Positions 1 through 10,911 of a DNA stretch of 64,000 nucleotides are shown here, one piece after another (the first letter of the stretch is position 1; the number at the start of each line of letters is the position of its first letter). The notes under the pieces are model-generated. The model did not search any database. It was not told the origin of the DNA and saw only the letters and a program-made list of their open reading frames with translations. The stretch comes from Minutocellus sp. GHC0000111. Lineage: Eukaryota. Location: assembly GCA_977018835.1 (NCBI GenBank), contig OZ361258.1, forward strand, positions 3,038,001 through 3,102,000. The letters run 5' to 3'. The position numbers and the translations under genes are program-made.

Positions 1-2843
1 TGAGGCGAAGGAGCAGCTTACATTCCAACCTGCAACGCTGATGATCGGAGCCGTTGGCAATGAAGCAGATAATGATGAGGAGGATCTTGTGTTCGATGCA
101 GAATACGGCGTCGCGAGTGGCGAGTCAACAGTAAAGCGGCACGTGGTCGAGTGTTCAGGACCCAAGGTACTGTATTATGTCATGCTGTCAGCAGGAAGCT
201 ATGAAGAAGCCGATAAATACATCCAGGAAACTATTGAAAAGGGAAGAATAGAGGAGAATTGGAACCAGGATTATCATGACGAGTGCTCAAAAATTGCCGA
301 AGGCTTGGCAAAAGACATTGCGAGCATCGAATCATTCATAGAGAAGGACAAGAATAGTGAGATCGAAGGGTAAGTGCTGATTTTTATTTAGAGGTATTCA
401 AACAGAATTTGAACACTCACGAATATTTCCTCTCTTTGCGCATAGGGAACCTCTTCTTCGAGACTTGGACCGATATACAGGGATGAAAAGAACTCACTAT
501 GTCTTGCGGGCGCGGTATGACATGGTGATTTACTTGTCTCGCCGTCGTCTCGGATCAACCTTTCCAACGTCAATGAGTTACAATTTAATTGGTTGCAACA
601 TTGATGGCCAGCACCGTGGTCTCGCATCGTGGATGAAAACATTCGGTTTGCCATATGGTGATGATAGCAATCGCTCCTTTGACGTGACCAACCCGACGCT
701 GCGGAAGCAAATGGAATGCTACCATAATCAAGGATCCAACGTGTTGCACGCTGATTCACAGATCCTCGACAAGGTCAATGTCACGGTTCTTCATTTCACA
801 CGAGATGTAGACCACCTCAGAGCAGTCAGTGACCTTAATGCTCGTGCTGCTCAGCAATCATCGGGACAAACCAATTTCTCGCAACTCAGCAACATGCTCA
901 AAGATCTCAATGCTGCCAGCCAGGCCAAGGAAATTAAGCATCACACCGTAGAATCATGTCTCATGGAGAGTGGTGGTACTCTCGAAGGAACACTCATGTC
1001 CGTTAGGGGGGCAGCGGCTTTCGCCCTCGCAAAGAATCTAACTGCGACCTCGCTCTGGGGAAGAGAAGAAATCTCGAAGGTAAAGACAAATGGCGATGAA
1101 GTAACGCCAGAAAAGAAACTCGAAATGGTGGTAGCGCAGATCAAGCCTCTGGCTCGAGGATATCAAAAGGATCCCGACTGTGATGACGACGCCAAATTCC
1201 ATAACGCAATTGGTCACAGAATATCGTATGGAGTTCACAAATTCGAGGCCCCGAAGCAAAAGAGCACCTTCACGCTGACCAAAGAAATCAGAGGAACACT
1301 TGATCTTGCATCGATGATGGCCCTCAACCCCTCCGCCCTCATCACCTTCCAAATGGCACTTTCTCAGGATCCAAAGATGGCTTCGTACGACAAGCTTGAA
1401 CTTATATGGGCGTTTCTGCGGAACGTGGCATCAACTATCGCCGGGAAACAGAGCAAAGGCGCAAGAGGAACAAAGAAGCTCAAGGGAGTGATCGACAGCA
1501 CCCTCGATAATCTGCCGACATATAAATTGGAGGCCATCAGGAATCACATCTTCTACAATGCTCTGTCAGAAATAACCAAGGAATTCACCGAAGTTGCCCT
1601 GGCGACCAAAGGATTCACGACGGTTGAGGTCTCAAACTGGTCGGCAGAGAAATCGATGCTAGTGCAGGGATATCGAGCTTATCAGAATGATCGTCACAAC
1701 GAAGCATCGGCCGAGAAAAGAGATCACATGACAGATATGATCCTTGCCACAGCCTACAAGAACAGGACAGAGTGGACGTCCAGATCGAATTCTCCCCCAA
1801 CGGACGTGCTATCATTAGCAATGGCTACATACGTCTCCGTGCTGAGGGAAGCACTAGACGCAGGATATCTGCAGAGCGACGCAATGAAGAAGAGAATCAA
1901 GGATCTCAAGAACGAAGACGATTGGTTCCTCTTCTCGTCGTCAACGATGAGACGAGATCAGATTCCAACGGACACCGACCTCGACGATAAAACTTGCATT
2001 GTTGGATTCAAGTCAACAAATGACGAGATATTGTACCTCAGGAAAGAATTCCGATTCGCAGCCATGGCGAGACTGCTAATTGACGAGCCCGCTGAGGAGG
2101 ACAAGAATGATCCCAATCTTGCTCAACGATTATGGAAAGCCAAAGATCCAGGGTCAAAAGGTACGATATGAATAATTGAAGCTCGCCTCTTCCTTTTGAA
2201 TACCCCGTGGTATTCTTCGATAATTGCTCTTTCCTGGTATCCCTTACTCAAATTTAATATTTCTATTTTCCAATCGACAGCAGCCAAACGACGACGATCG
2301 CCTACACCAACGTCAAAATTAACAACAAAACCAACCAATGCAGATAACAGTGCAAGGCAAAATGCTGACGACGCGAATGAGAATCAAGATAATTCCGAGG
2401 AACAAGTCGGGGGCCAAGACCAGTCAAGACGAGCAAAAAGAATGAAGTCATCACCGCGACAAAATGAGGAAGTAGTCGCAGGTGATGCCGCTCAAGAGTC
2501 GCCACCGGCCCGTGATACTAGCCATAGTCCCAAAATGCAACAAGTTATAAGGTACGCCAAAGCACTCCGTGATGGTGATGCAAATCCCCACAGCAACCGT
2601 AGGAAAATGGAAGAAAAGGATACGATCAAAGACGTGACCGTCGGGGTGATGACCGCTGCTGCCGAGGAACTGAGACATGATCCGTTCAGGAAACTTAGTA
2701 AGAGCGACCTGAAAAAGTTAGTCCAAGAAAATCCCAACGACGTGGTGACAATCCTCACCCACCTAAACAAATGGAGAAGAGCGTTGGCAAAGGACCTCAA
2801 CGCCACAGCAAAAGGATCAAGTCGCCCAGAGTCAAAATGGTGA
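1..2843 (+). CDS. Orphan multi-exon protein with a DGQHR (ParB/DndB-like) motif; 5' end outside window; exons <1-369, 446-2160, 2281-2843
   Basis: Frame is open from base 2. GT-AG introns 370-445 and 2161-2280 join ORFs 41..373, 465..2171 and 2196..2843 exactly in frame. NIDGQHRGLA motif with IDGQHR at 600-617; basic, disordered C-terminus. Confidence 0.7.
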
Positions 2844-3174
2844 CTCCCCACTCCTTCTCGGAGCTAGGAATGTATGAAACGCAGGACTCGTCCCAAACAC
2901 CAACTTCAGCTGGGACTAGTGATATTGCTGTCCAAGATCAAAATGGAGATCATGCTTCCCCTGTACAAAATCGAAATCTTGGAAATGATCTGAACAATGA
3001 AGAGGCAAAATCCAATGGTGATGAAGATAGTCCTTCAGGTATATGATTACATATTAGAGAAATAATTATATATATTATATATGAGCACGTGCCCAATAAA
3101 ATACCACCCTAAGATGAACATAACACGTGCACATAAAACGGAGAGATGAAGACCACACTCACTTATGCAGCATG

Positions 3175-4077
3175 CTAAACCTGACCATAATCATCCCCGT
3201 CATATATAGACCTATTAAAAGCCTCACCGCCCCTGAATAATTCCCGCAACAGTTCGAAGGTCGATGATCCAGATGCAAACATGTCGCTGTGATTCCCATG
3301 AGTGTGAATATCATGGAATCTACGAAAATGATGAGCAGGAGAACCATACTTGTGATGCCTCTGCCGAGCGTGAATATCACCACCAAATTGAACAATAAAA
3401 CGGTGATATTCTGATATTACACGAGGAAGATACTCATGATTCTGGCGACAGATAAAATGCAAGAATGTGCTTCCTCGCAGTAAAACTCGAGATCCGAATG
3501 GATCACTACGAAAGTGAAGACAACCAACGTACTCCATGAGGCGGTGATCAAACAAGTACCGATGATATCTCGACGAGGACACAAGAGCTGACACCATGCC
3601 CAACTGGATGTCATCAGCATACCGCTCGACGACCCTGCCACGCTCGGAGACGCGAAAGAAAAGAACAAATATTTCACAAAGAAGCTGGCGAATGTAGAAT
3701 AAATCCCTACAAGCAGCCGACAAAGAAGACATGGACATCATACTCCTCATCGTGCCATCGGCTTCCAATTGACTGCTCCTGAGACCGGAATACGCTGATG
3801 ATAAATACTGAGGAACATAAGTGCTCTCCACCCAACGAAAAAATCGGACTGTACAAGAATGACCGAGAAGGGACATAACCACGCCAGACCAAGCGTCATT
3901 CTCAGCAGCGCCGTCACTACCAGGACCAAGTATAGTGGACATCAACACGATGCGCCGAGCCAGCTCACGCCCAATAAATGATGGCCCGTTAACGAACCGA
4001 GAAAGCTCAATGCTCGCCCCCGTTGAAGAGGATGAGCCCTGACTGGAGATGCTCGACCTACGCATAAAGGATGGCAC
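3175..4077 (-). CDS. Hypothetical protein with one ankyrin-like repeat
   Basis: 300-aa ORF. GSTFLHFIC...FIVQFGGDIHAR...YGSPAHH resembles the ankyrin consensus (G-TPLH...LL-GADINA...G-TPLH). Start uncertain. Confidence 0.4.
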   Translation of the reverse strand: MPSFMRRSSISSQGSSSSTGASIELSRFVNGPSFIGRELARRIVLMSTILGPGSDGAAENDAWSGVVMSLLGHSCTVRFFRWVESTYVPQYLSSAYSGLRSSQLEADGTMRSMMSMSSLSAACRDLFYIRQLLCEIFVLFFRVSERGRVVERYADDIQLGMVSALVSSSRYHRYLFDHRLMEYVGCLHFRSDPFGSRVLLRGSTFLHFICRQNHEYLPRVISEYHRFIVQFGGDIHARQRHHKYGSPAHHFRRFHDIHTHGNHSDMFASGSSTFELLRELFRGGEAFNRSIYDGDDYGQV

Positions 4078-4499
4078 ACAAACACACCAAAGCTAATAGC
4101 ACGAAGTGCCGGGGCAACGCTCCGTATAAACTAACTAACAACAAAGATAAATCACTGCGATCATCACATTAGAGGCCGCCCGGGACATCTGCACCAACAA
4201 CATGATAAACGCAAGAACCCAACCCAAGAGCGATAACAACTCGCAGAATACATGTACATGTACGCACGACAAGCACCAGATGGTCCCCCCTGGTGCCGCG
4301 CACATTTCCTCACCAAAACCACCCCGACGCGGGAGCACCACTCGTCATATCTTGCCTTCAAGCACATGATGTGCAATCGCGAAGCAAGCAAGAAGCAGGC
4401 CAGCCAAGCAAGCTTGTCTGTCCTTCGCTCGACATCCGCCAAGCAAGTTGAATGTACCAACGACGAGTAACCAATACATGTACCTGGTATTCAAGAGCC

Positions 4500-5671
4500 A
4501 TGCCGCCCGTCGTCTCCCCAGAAGTAATCATTTCCCTGGCCGCAGAGTACGGCTACGCCGAGCGCCGTCCCGAGGCATCTTCGACCCTCTTCTTCGAGTG
4601 CGTTCAAGGCACCGGCTCCTCGTCCGACTACCCCACCCTCATCAACGTCTTTTACACCACCGCCGGTGTCATGACCAAGGTGGCCCATCCCACCCGGGGC
4701 TACAACGAGATGTGGCGGGCCTGTGCCTATACGTCAGTGGAGGAGTTGGAAGCCATATTCGCCAATCCCCGCGTGCACACCGGGCGGGGCTACCGGAAAA
4801 AGGAGAAGGCATCGTCGGGATGCAGCGGCTGTGGTCTTTTGAAGAGGAGGGAGGAGTTCAGCAACAACCAGTGGAGGAAGGGGAAGGAAAAGGGGGGCAT
4901 TAGACGTTGCAAGAACTGCATCGCATCGGAGGCCGAGGGTGAGGAGGGAGAAATTAGTGCCCCTCCACGTGCTGCTGCCAGTACCGCTGCAAGTTCTGCT
5001 GATGACGAAGGAAGTGAAGGATCCCCGTATACCTTTCGAATCAGCGAAGCCTCTATCTCATGCGATGCAGAGTGCGGGGGGGGGTTGTTGGTCATCCCGC
5101 CTTCCAGTGCCAACGTTGTCTCATGGCGTTTTACTGCTCCAGCGAATGCAGGGAGAGGCACAAACGCACCCATGCCGTCGAGACGCCCTGCATGGACGTG
5201 AGAGAAATGCGTCGTGATTGTATTGAGACCGGCGACGGTGAGATGAGCAAGGAAATGGTGGCCGGAATTGCCATGGCGGCTCAGCTGGCCGGTAAGCAAG
5301 ATTTCAAGTCTCAGTTAATGCTGTCGGCGCATTATCAGAACGAAGAACGGTGGGAACAGGCTCTCGGCATATACAAGAACATATACGATGACCTCCCCTA
5401 CAAAGACCCCATCAGTCAACGGAAGGTGATCATGGGCCTCTGCCGCTGCTTTTATGAGATTGGAAATTACGAGGCATCCATTGGATTAGGAGAAGGTGCC
5501 CTAGAAATGAATCGACATTTCCCAGGAGTGCACAAATACATTGCGCTCTCTCAAAAGGCGCTTGGCCAACGTGACGAGGCGAGAAAGTCCATGATGAGGG
5601 CCATCCTGTACGAAGCGCCATGGGACGACAAGAACAAGGCGGAGAATGAAGATTTGCTGAATAAGTTGTAA
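4500..5671 (+). CDS. Protein with an uncharacterised N-terminal domain, Stc1-like Zn finger, MYND Zn finger and TPR repeats; frameshifted at the G9 run 5076-5084
   Basis: CSGC...FSNNQW...RCKNC in the first frame. The MYND pattern CDAEC / CQRC...YCSSEC...H...H...C is split across ORFs 4452..5201 and 5060..5671. TPR-like helices follow (LCRCFYEIGNYEASI...GVHKYIALSQKALG). Confidence 0.75.
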
Positions 5672-5718
5672 GTAAGATCTTTCAGATCTGTAATGTGATA
5701 TCTGCCGAGAAATTCAAC

Positions 5719-6675
5719 ATGCTTCGATGTCTTTGTCCAGCTGCTGTTTTCCTTCTCTCAGCCGCGTCCATTTCTTTTGCAAATGGCACTGGCAAAGAAA
5801 GGGTTGATGCAAAATCTATCGAACGAGAGTACAGCACTCACATGTATGACAATTTTCTACATAGACGTTTACAAGATCGACATAATCAGGCGATGAGAAG
5901 TGAAGAAAGTAGAACAAGCAACTTCACACACAATCGGGAAGACATCACCGGCAACAACAAAGGCGACCTCGATTGCTCAGCGGAAGAGGCAGAATGTACT
6001 CTGTCTCAGCTGAAGATTTACTTTGGGTGCACCAGCGACGAGAGGCCGATACATGATCAAAAGACCTGGCAATATCTTCGTCAGACTTATCACGACATTG
6101 TTGGGGCAGAAAAATCTACAATTGGTCCTCCGAATCGAGCATTCAATGGTTTCGCAGTGCCCTACTATGTCGATCAAAGTCCTGGGAGAGGACGTGGACT
6201 ATTTGCCTCAAGGGATATTCCAAAGGGAAGCTTGATTTGGACGGCATCACGAACAGCTGAATTCGAGGATGCGGAATCATACCGCAACTTTCTTTTGACA
6301 ATTCCAGCCGATTTGGCATGCGACGTTATGATGTGGGCTTACGTATCATACGGCAGCGAAACAGATGGAGAGAGTGAAAATATTAATGACGAGGAAGAGG
6401 AAGAAGACTATGTTGACAGCGAGGATGAAGACGAGGATGACGAGGAGGATTACGAGTCTTCCCTCAAAATCATGTTAGATCTTGATGAGTGCTCATTTTG
6501 TAATGACGGTGGAAAGAAAAGAAATATGGATTGGGATGAAGAGGCTGCTGCCTTGTATCCAGACAATTCGGATTGGCGAACGTTTGCTGTGAAAGATGTG
6601 AAGAAAGGCGACGAGTTACTATGCAACTACTCTGGTTTCTTTCAAAAGGATAAGTGGGCAGCTTTTGGGCTGTAA
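5719..6675 (+). CDS. SET-domain methyltransferase with N-terminal signal peptide
   Basis: GRGRGLFASRDIPKG, FCND and AVKDVKKGDELLCNY SET motifs; hydrophobic N-terminus; RRLQ motif; internal Asp/Glu tract. Confidence 0.85.
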   Translation: MLRCLCPAAVFLLSAASISFANGTGKERVDAKSIEREYSTHMYDNFLHRRLQDRHNQAMRSEESRTSNFTHNREDITGNNKGDLDCSAEEAECTLSQLKIYFGCTSDERPIHDQKTWQYLRQTYHDIVGAEKSTIGPPNRAFNGFAVPYYVDQSPGRGRGLFASRDIPKGSLIWTASRTAEFEDAESYRNFLLTIPADLACDVMMWAYVSYGSETDGESENINDEEEEEDYVDSEDEDEDDEEDYESSLKIMLDLDECSFCNDGGKKRNMDWDEEAAALYPDNSDWRTFAVKDVKKGDELLCNYSGFFQKDKWAAFGL

Positions 6676-6719
6676 AAATAGAAAGATAATCGTACAGTAT
6701 CACAGTTGGGCCTTTAGAA

Positions 6720-7889
6720 TTACAATTCGCCTTCCGACTTATTCTCAATATGATCACCTTGGAGCAAGGGCAATTTTGATAAAAGTTCTTCGCTATGCTC
6801 CCACTGGTTGAGACCGGCCTTGAAAGCTGGAGGAATTGCGTCGACACCAACACTGGCACCAAGTACCATTCCAATCGCGATTGCTCGGGATGCATTGTCT
6901 CCGCCGACCATTGCATTGGCTTTTATAGCCCCCATAAAGTCATCTTGATACTTTACAATAAAGTATATGCTCCCTGGCAACGTTCCTTCAGTGGGCGAGG
7001 CTTTCCCGACCTTGATTGGTTCTGTTTTGCCGACATCCCACAGCCGGGCCATGCTGGTAAGCGCCAGGTCGTCAACAAACTCTTCCTTTGATAATGGATT
7101 CTCATCGCTGGTGGCCTCGTCTACTTTGTCCAGCGCTTGCTTGACCTTACTCTGAATCCAGGGATCGCTCTTTGCAGCAACTTCTTTTATGGCTTCCAAC
7201 GGAGAAATTCCACTGTGGATTATGCGGAAAGTCACCCTGGCAAAGAACTCGCAGCCCAAATGCGCGGTGCGCTCGCGATGCGTAAACATTGTCTTCCTGG
7301 CACCCTCTACAACCTCTTCCTCTGTATCATAGTAGGCAAATACCGATGCGTATCGCAGTGCCATTGCATTGGAATTTCCCCCGAGCTCATCTGTTGAAGC
7401 TCCCTGCGCTATTTGCTGATAAGTCTGTTTGGTTTGTGTACAGATCCACTGCTTCCAACCAGATGTTAGACGTTCCTTCCAGAGGGGAATAAACTCACTC
7501 ACATCGAACATATGGGGGTTATCTACAGTGGCTGCTAGATGCTCCAGAATTAACACATTGTACTCTCCATAGTCTGTCTGGTCGCCGGCCACAGTTCCAG
7601 GATGGTAGTTGCGAGCGCCCCAGCCAACGCCATGCGTTTGACCTCCCATCTGCTCGCCCGGTGCCATGTATTTTTCGATGGATTTGCCGCCATATGCCTC
7701 CTTGATCTCGGGAGCATCGCATTCATAGTGCGACCCGAGGCAGAGGGCGTCGGAAACGAGGGCACCAAAGTAGGCACCACGGATGCGTGAGGACAAGGAT
7801 GTGCCGGGGGCATCTTCACTCTTTGCCAGTGCCAACGACAAGCTGGCAGCAAAAGCCAAAGATGCGAGAAAGGCGAAACGCATTGACAT
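6720..7889 (-). CDS. ADP-ribosylglycohydrolase (ARH/DraG/crystallin J1) family protein with signal peptide
   Basis: RIRGAYFGALVSDAL, GDQTDYGE, GGNSNAMALR, TH, and AIKANAMVGGDNASRAIAIGMVLGA match the ARH fold pattern; signal peptide MRFAFLASLAFAASLSLALA. Confidence 0.85.
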   Translation of the reverse strand: MSMRFAFLASLAFAASLSLALAKSEDAPGTSLSSRIRGAYFGALVSDALCLGSHYECDAPEIKEAYGGKSIEKYMAPGEQMGGQTHGVGWGARNYHPGTVAGDQTDYGEYNVLILEHLAATVDNPHMFDVSEFIPLWKERLTSGWKQWICTQTKQTYQQIAQGASTDELGGNSNAMALRYASVFAYYDTEEEVVEGARKTMFTHRERTAHLGCEFFARVTFRIIHSGISPLEAIKEVAAKSDPWIQSKVKQALDKVDEATSDENPLSKEEFVDDLALTSMARLWDVGKTEPIKVGKASPTEGTLPGSIYFIVKYQDDFMGAIKANAMVGGDNASRAIAIGMVLGASVGVDAIPPAFKAGLNQWEHSEELLSKLPLLQGDHIENKSEGEL

Positions 7890-8120
7890 AACCAAAATGC
7901 TGGAAAGACCTGGACAAAAGCGAGAGAGCACAAGCAACAACGCGTTCGCAATACAGTCTAGCTAGGTCCTACTAGTAGTAGACTCGACCTCAATGGCCGG
8001 ACGAGCCCCGGCAGAAGGCACGGCGAATGAGTCAGCCAGCGACAGTCAGGCGCGCAGAACGAGCAGTGAAAATCGTCCGTCCGTCGACCACGCTATCCCC
8101 CATGGTCAAGTCAGCAAAGG

Positions 8121-8240
8121 AGAAAAAGCGGGAAAAAGCAATAGATTACCAAAAGCAAAACTACGTAGGTTTTCAAGTCTAGAAAAAGCGGGAAAAAGCA
8201 ATAGATTACCAAAAGCAAAACTACGTAGGTTTTCAAGTCT
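8121..8240. repeat. Perfect 2 x 60 bp tandem duplication (intergenic)
   Basis: 8121-8180 is identical to 8181-8240 and contains CTACGTAG. Confidence 0.95.
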
Positions 8241-8357
8241 ATTAGGAACTTTGCAGATAAAGTATGGGTCTCATGAGGGCAGGAGACTAGGGTCCCCCAT
8301 TCAGATGGATTCAAGGCAAGAGTTAGCAAGATCAAACATGAAGCGCAACCATTCTCT

Positions 8358-10911
8358 CTAACCCTTCTTCATATCATCCATAACAAAGTCAAAGGCGGCA
8401 TTTTTCTTCTTTTGTGCCTCCTGGGCAGCACCCGATGCATTATCAAGGAAAGAAAAGCCAGTTGTAGCAGTCGAACTGTGAGCTGACATGACATTGGCAT
8501 TCACGCCAGCGCTGGCTCCTGCCGCGGCGTGGGTGGCCGGCCGAGGAGACTGCGGAACACCGCCACCGGCCATGGCCATCTGCATTTGAGCCATCTGCTG
8601 TTGCATCATCATCATTTGCTGCTGGTATTGCATGGCCTGCATCTGAGCGATCTGAGCCTGCGTTTTCGCCACCTTTTCTTCCGCAGTGGGTTCCGTGGGT
8701 GCCGAAAGACTCAACAACGGATCAAAGCCAGCATCACCTGGCTTCGGCGCAGCAGCTGCTGGGGCTGCAGGAGCGGGAGCCGGAGGTGCTGGGGTAGCAG
8801 CGGCGGTAGGTGCTTCCGGTGCCGGAGCTGGGGCACTGCCGTTGGCTGTGGCATTCATAAATCCAAATGCGGAACCTCCCGATGCTGGAGCAGCGGTTCC
8901 ATTTTCCACCGGAGTCTCTGTAGAAGTACTGGGCTTCACCTGCATATCTCCAAACAAATCTCCGCCTCCGTTGGCAACAGCGGGAGCCGATGCAACGGCT
9001 GCTGGGGCCGGCACAGCCTTATCCTTGGTCGTCAGACCACCAAACATATCTCCCCCGGCAGCTGGTGCAGGTGCGGGTGCAGCCGGAGTCGCAGCCGCCG
9101 CTGGCACATCGCCTCCAAGCATATCGGGAACAGGAGCTGCGCTGGCCGGAGCAGGAGCAGCTGCAGCAGCGGGCTCGTCAAAGTCCAGCAGATTCGGAGC
9201 CTCAGCAACCACGGGGGCAGCGGCGGCAGCCTTCTGGGCCCGAACCGGCGGTGCCGCTCCACCGGCCGTGCCGTAGGCGGCATCCAAACCCAAAGCCTTC
9301 AGTACTCTCCTCGCGGGATTGTGGATGGCCGATCGGTTGTGCACCGCCAGGGGCTGGATCTCCTCGGCGCAGGCATGGAAAAAGGCGCTGTAGGCGTCCA
9401 GTCTCTGCTCCTCGGCCGTCACAATGGTCTTCTCAATGACGCACAGAGCCTTGGCCTTGATGATCCAGGGCTGACCGTCCTCGAGGCAGTCCAGCAGGAC
9501 GGGACAGACCAAGTCGGCATCCAACGAGGGGATGGCCCGAAGGAATGCCACCAGCTTCTCCAGGGGTGGCTCGGCCTTCATACCGCCCGGAGGACACAGT
9601 TCCATCACGAGGTTGCGCTCGTAGGATCCATCCGACGCGCTGGCCCCGGCGGTACCGGTGCCCATGGCGGGTGATGGAGCGACTGGTGCGGCCGCTGTGG
9701 CCATTCCACCACCCACAGCTGCACCGCCGCAAAGACCCATACCGGACGCCGAGGGTGCGGCGCCACCGGCACCCCAGCTCCCACCGACGCCAAGGTTGGC
9801 GGCGGCAATTCCACTGGTCGAACCAGAACCAGCACCAGCACCCAAGGCACCAGCCGAGTGGGCAAACTGCGGCGCGGCCCCGACGGCGTTCGGTCCGCGG
9901 TTGGAGGCCATGGTCCACTGCCCGTTGGTGGCGGCCGTCAGCTCCGACCGTCCCGGGGGGTTGCCATAATTTTGCTGCATATCAAATATATAGCATAACA
10001 GATAAGGGGTGAGTGAGCTTTGCATCGAGGTCAATAATAAAGTTGAACAAACACAGAACGAATGAATCAATCAGCAAACATCCATACAATCAAAATAGAC
10101 TCACCGGCCCACCGTAGCTACCACCACCAGCAGATCCACCGGCAGCAGCACCGGGAACATTCCTGGCAAGAGGATCGTTAATGATGCCCTTGAAGCCCTC
10201 GGCCGCGGTCGCGACCATGCTCTTGATCTGCTGCCCGGTCACACCGCCGGCACCTCCGACACCACCCCCCGGCGGTCCACCACCGCCACCTCCAAACTGA
10301 TGGCTGCCAATCCCCTCCATCCGGCGGGTGGCGTGCGGATGCGCCCCTGGCGGAGCCGAACCGGGCGGGCCCATGCTCGACCCTCCCGCCGAGGGGGCGC
10401 CGTACCCTCCGCCTCCGGCAGCACCGCCCGCAACGGGCTGGCCGTACGAGCCGCCCATGCCGCCGCCTCCGATGCCCTGCATGCTTCCCCCGCCGCCCAA
10501 TCCACCACCCCCACCGGCAGTGCTGCTCGGCGTATCGCTATAGACCGCATCCAGACACTCCTTGGCCGCCTGCCGGACCTGCTCGTACGGCTGATCGCCC
10601 CGCGCCGCGTCGGGCGGACCCCGAAAATTGAGACACGCCTTGATGGCCGCGACGGCCTCGTGATCCTGGACGACGGCGCGCTTGAACATCCCCCTGTTGC
10701 TGGGGTTGGTCGCCACCTTCGTCAGGACCTTGAGGCACTTGTGCTTGACGTTGGGGTTGGACTTGGTGGCGAGGCGGCGGGTGAGGTATTTGCAGATTTC
10801 CAGGGAGGTTTGGGGGGAGGCGGCGGCGTTCTTGGAGATGTCCACGTAGAGGTAGCCGGGGGTGGGGGCCGAGGTGGCCTCGGTCGCGCGGGCCAGGGCG
10901 TTGCGGTCCAT
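8358..10911 (-). CDS. TEPSIN: Tepsin-like AP-4 accessory protein (ENTH + VHS-like domains); exons 10911-10105 and 9974-8358
   Basis: LARATEATSAPTPGYLY...VKHKCLKVL...FRGPPD...GDQPYEQVRQAAKE tepsin-type ENTH domain; second domain ERNLVMELCPPGG...KAKALCVIE; phase-0 GT-AG intron 10104-9975; NLLDF and FDPL motifs. Confidence 0.85.

Noticed and set aside
2771..3046. 91-aa ORF overlapping the end of the DGQHR gene, with a possible donor at 3039
   Set aside because: Could be a frameshifted continuation, but no downstream exon could be identified.
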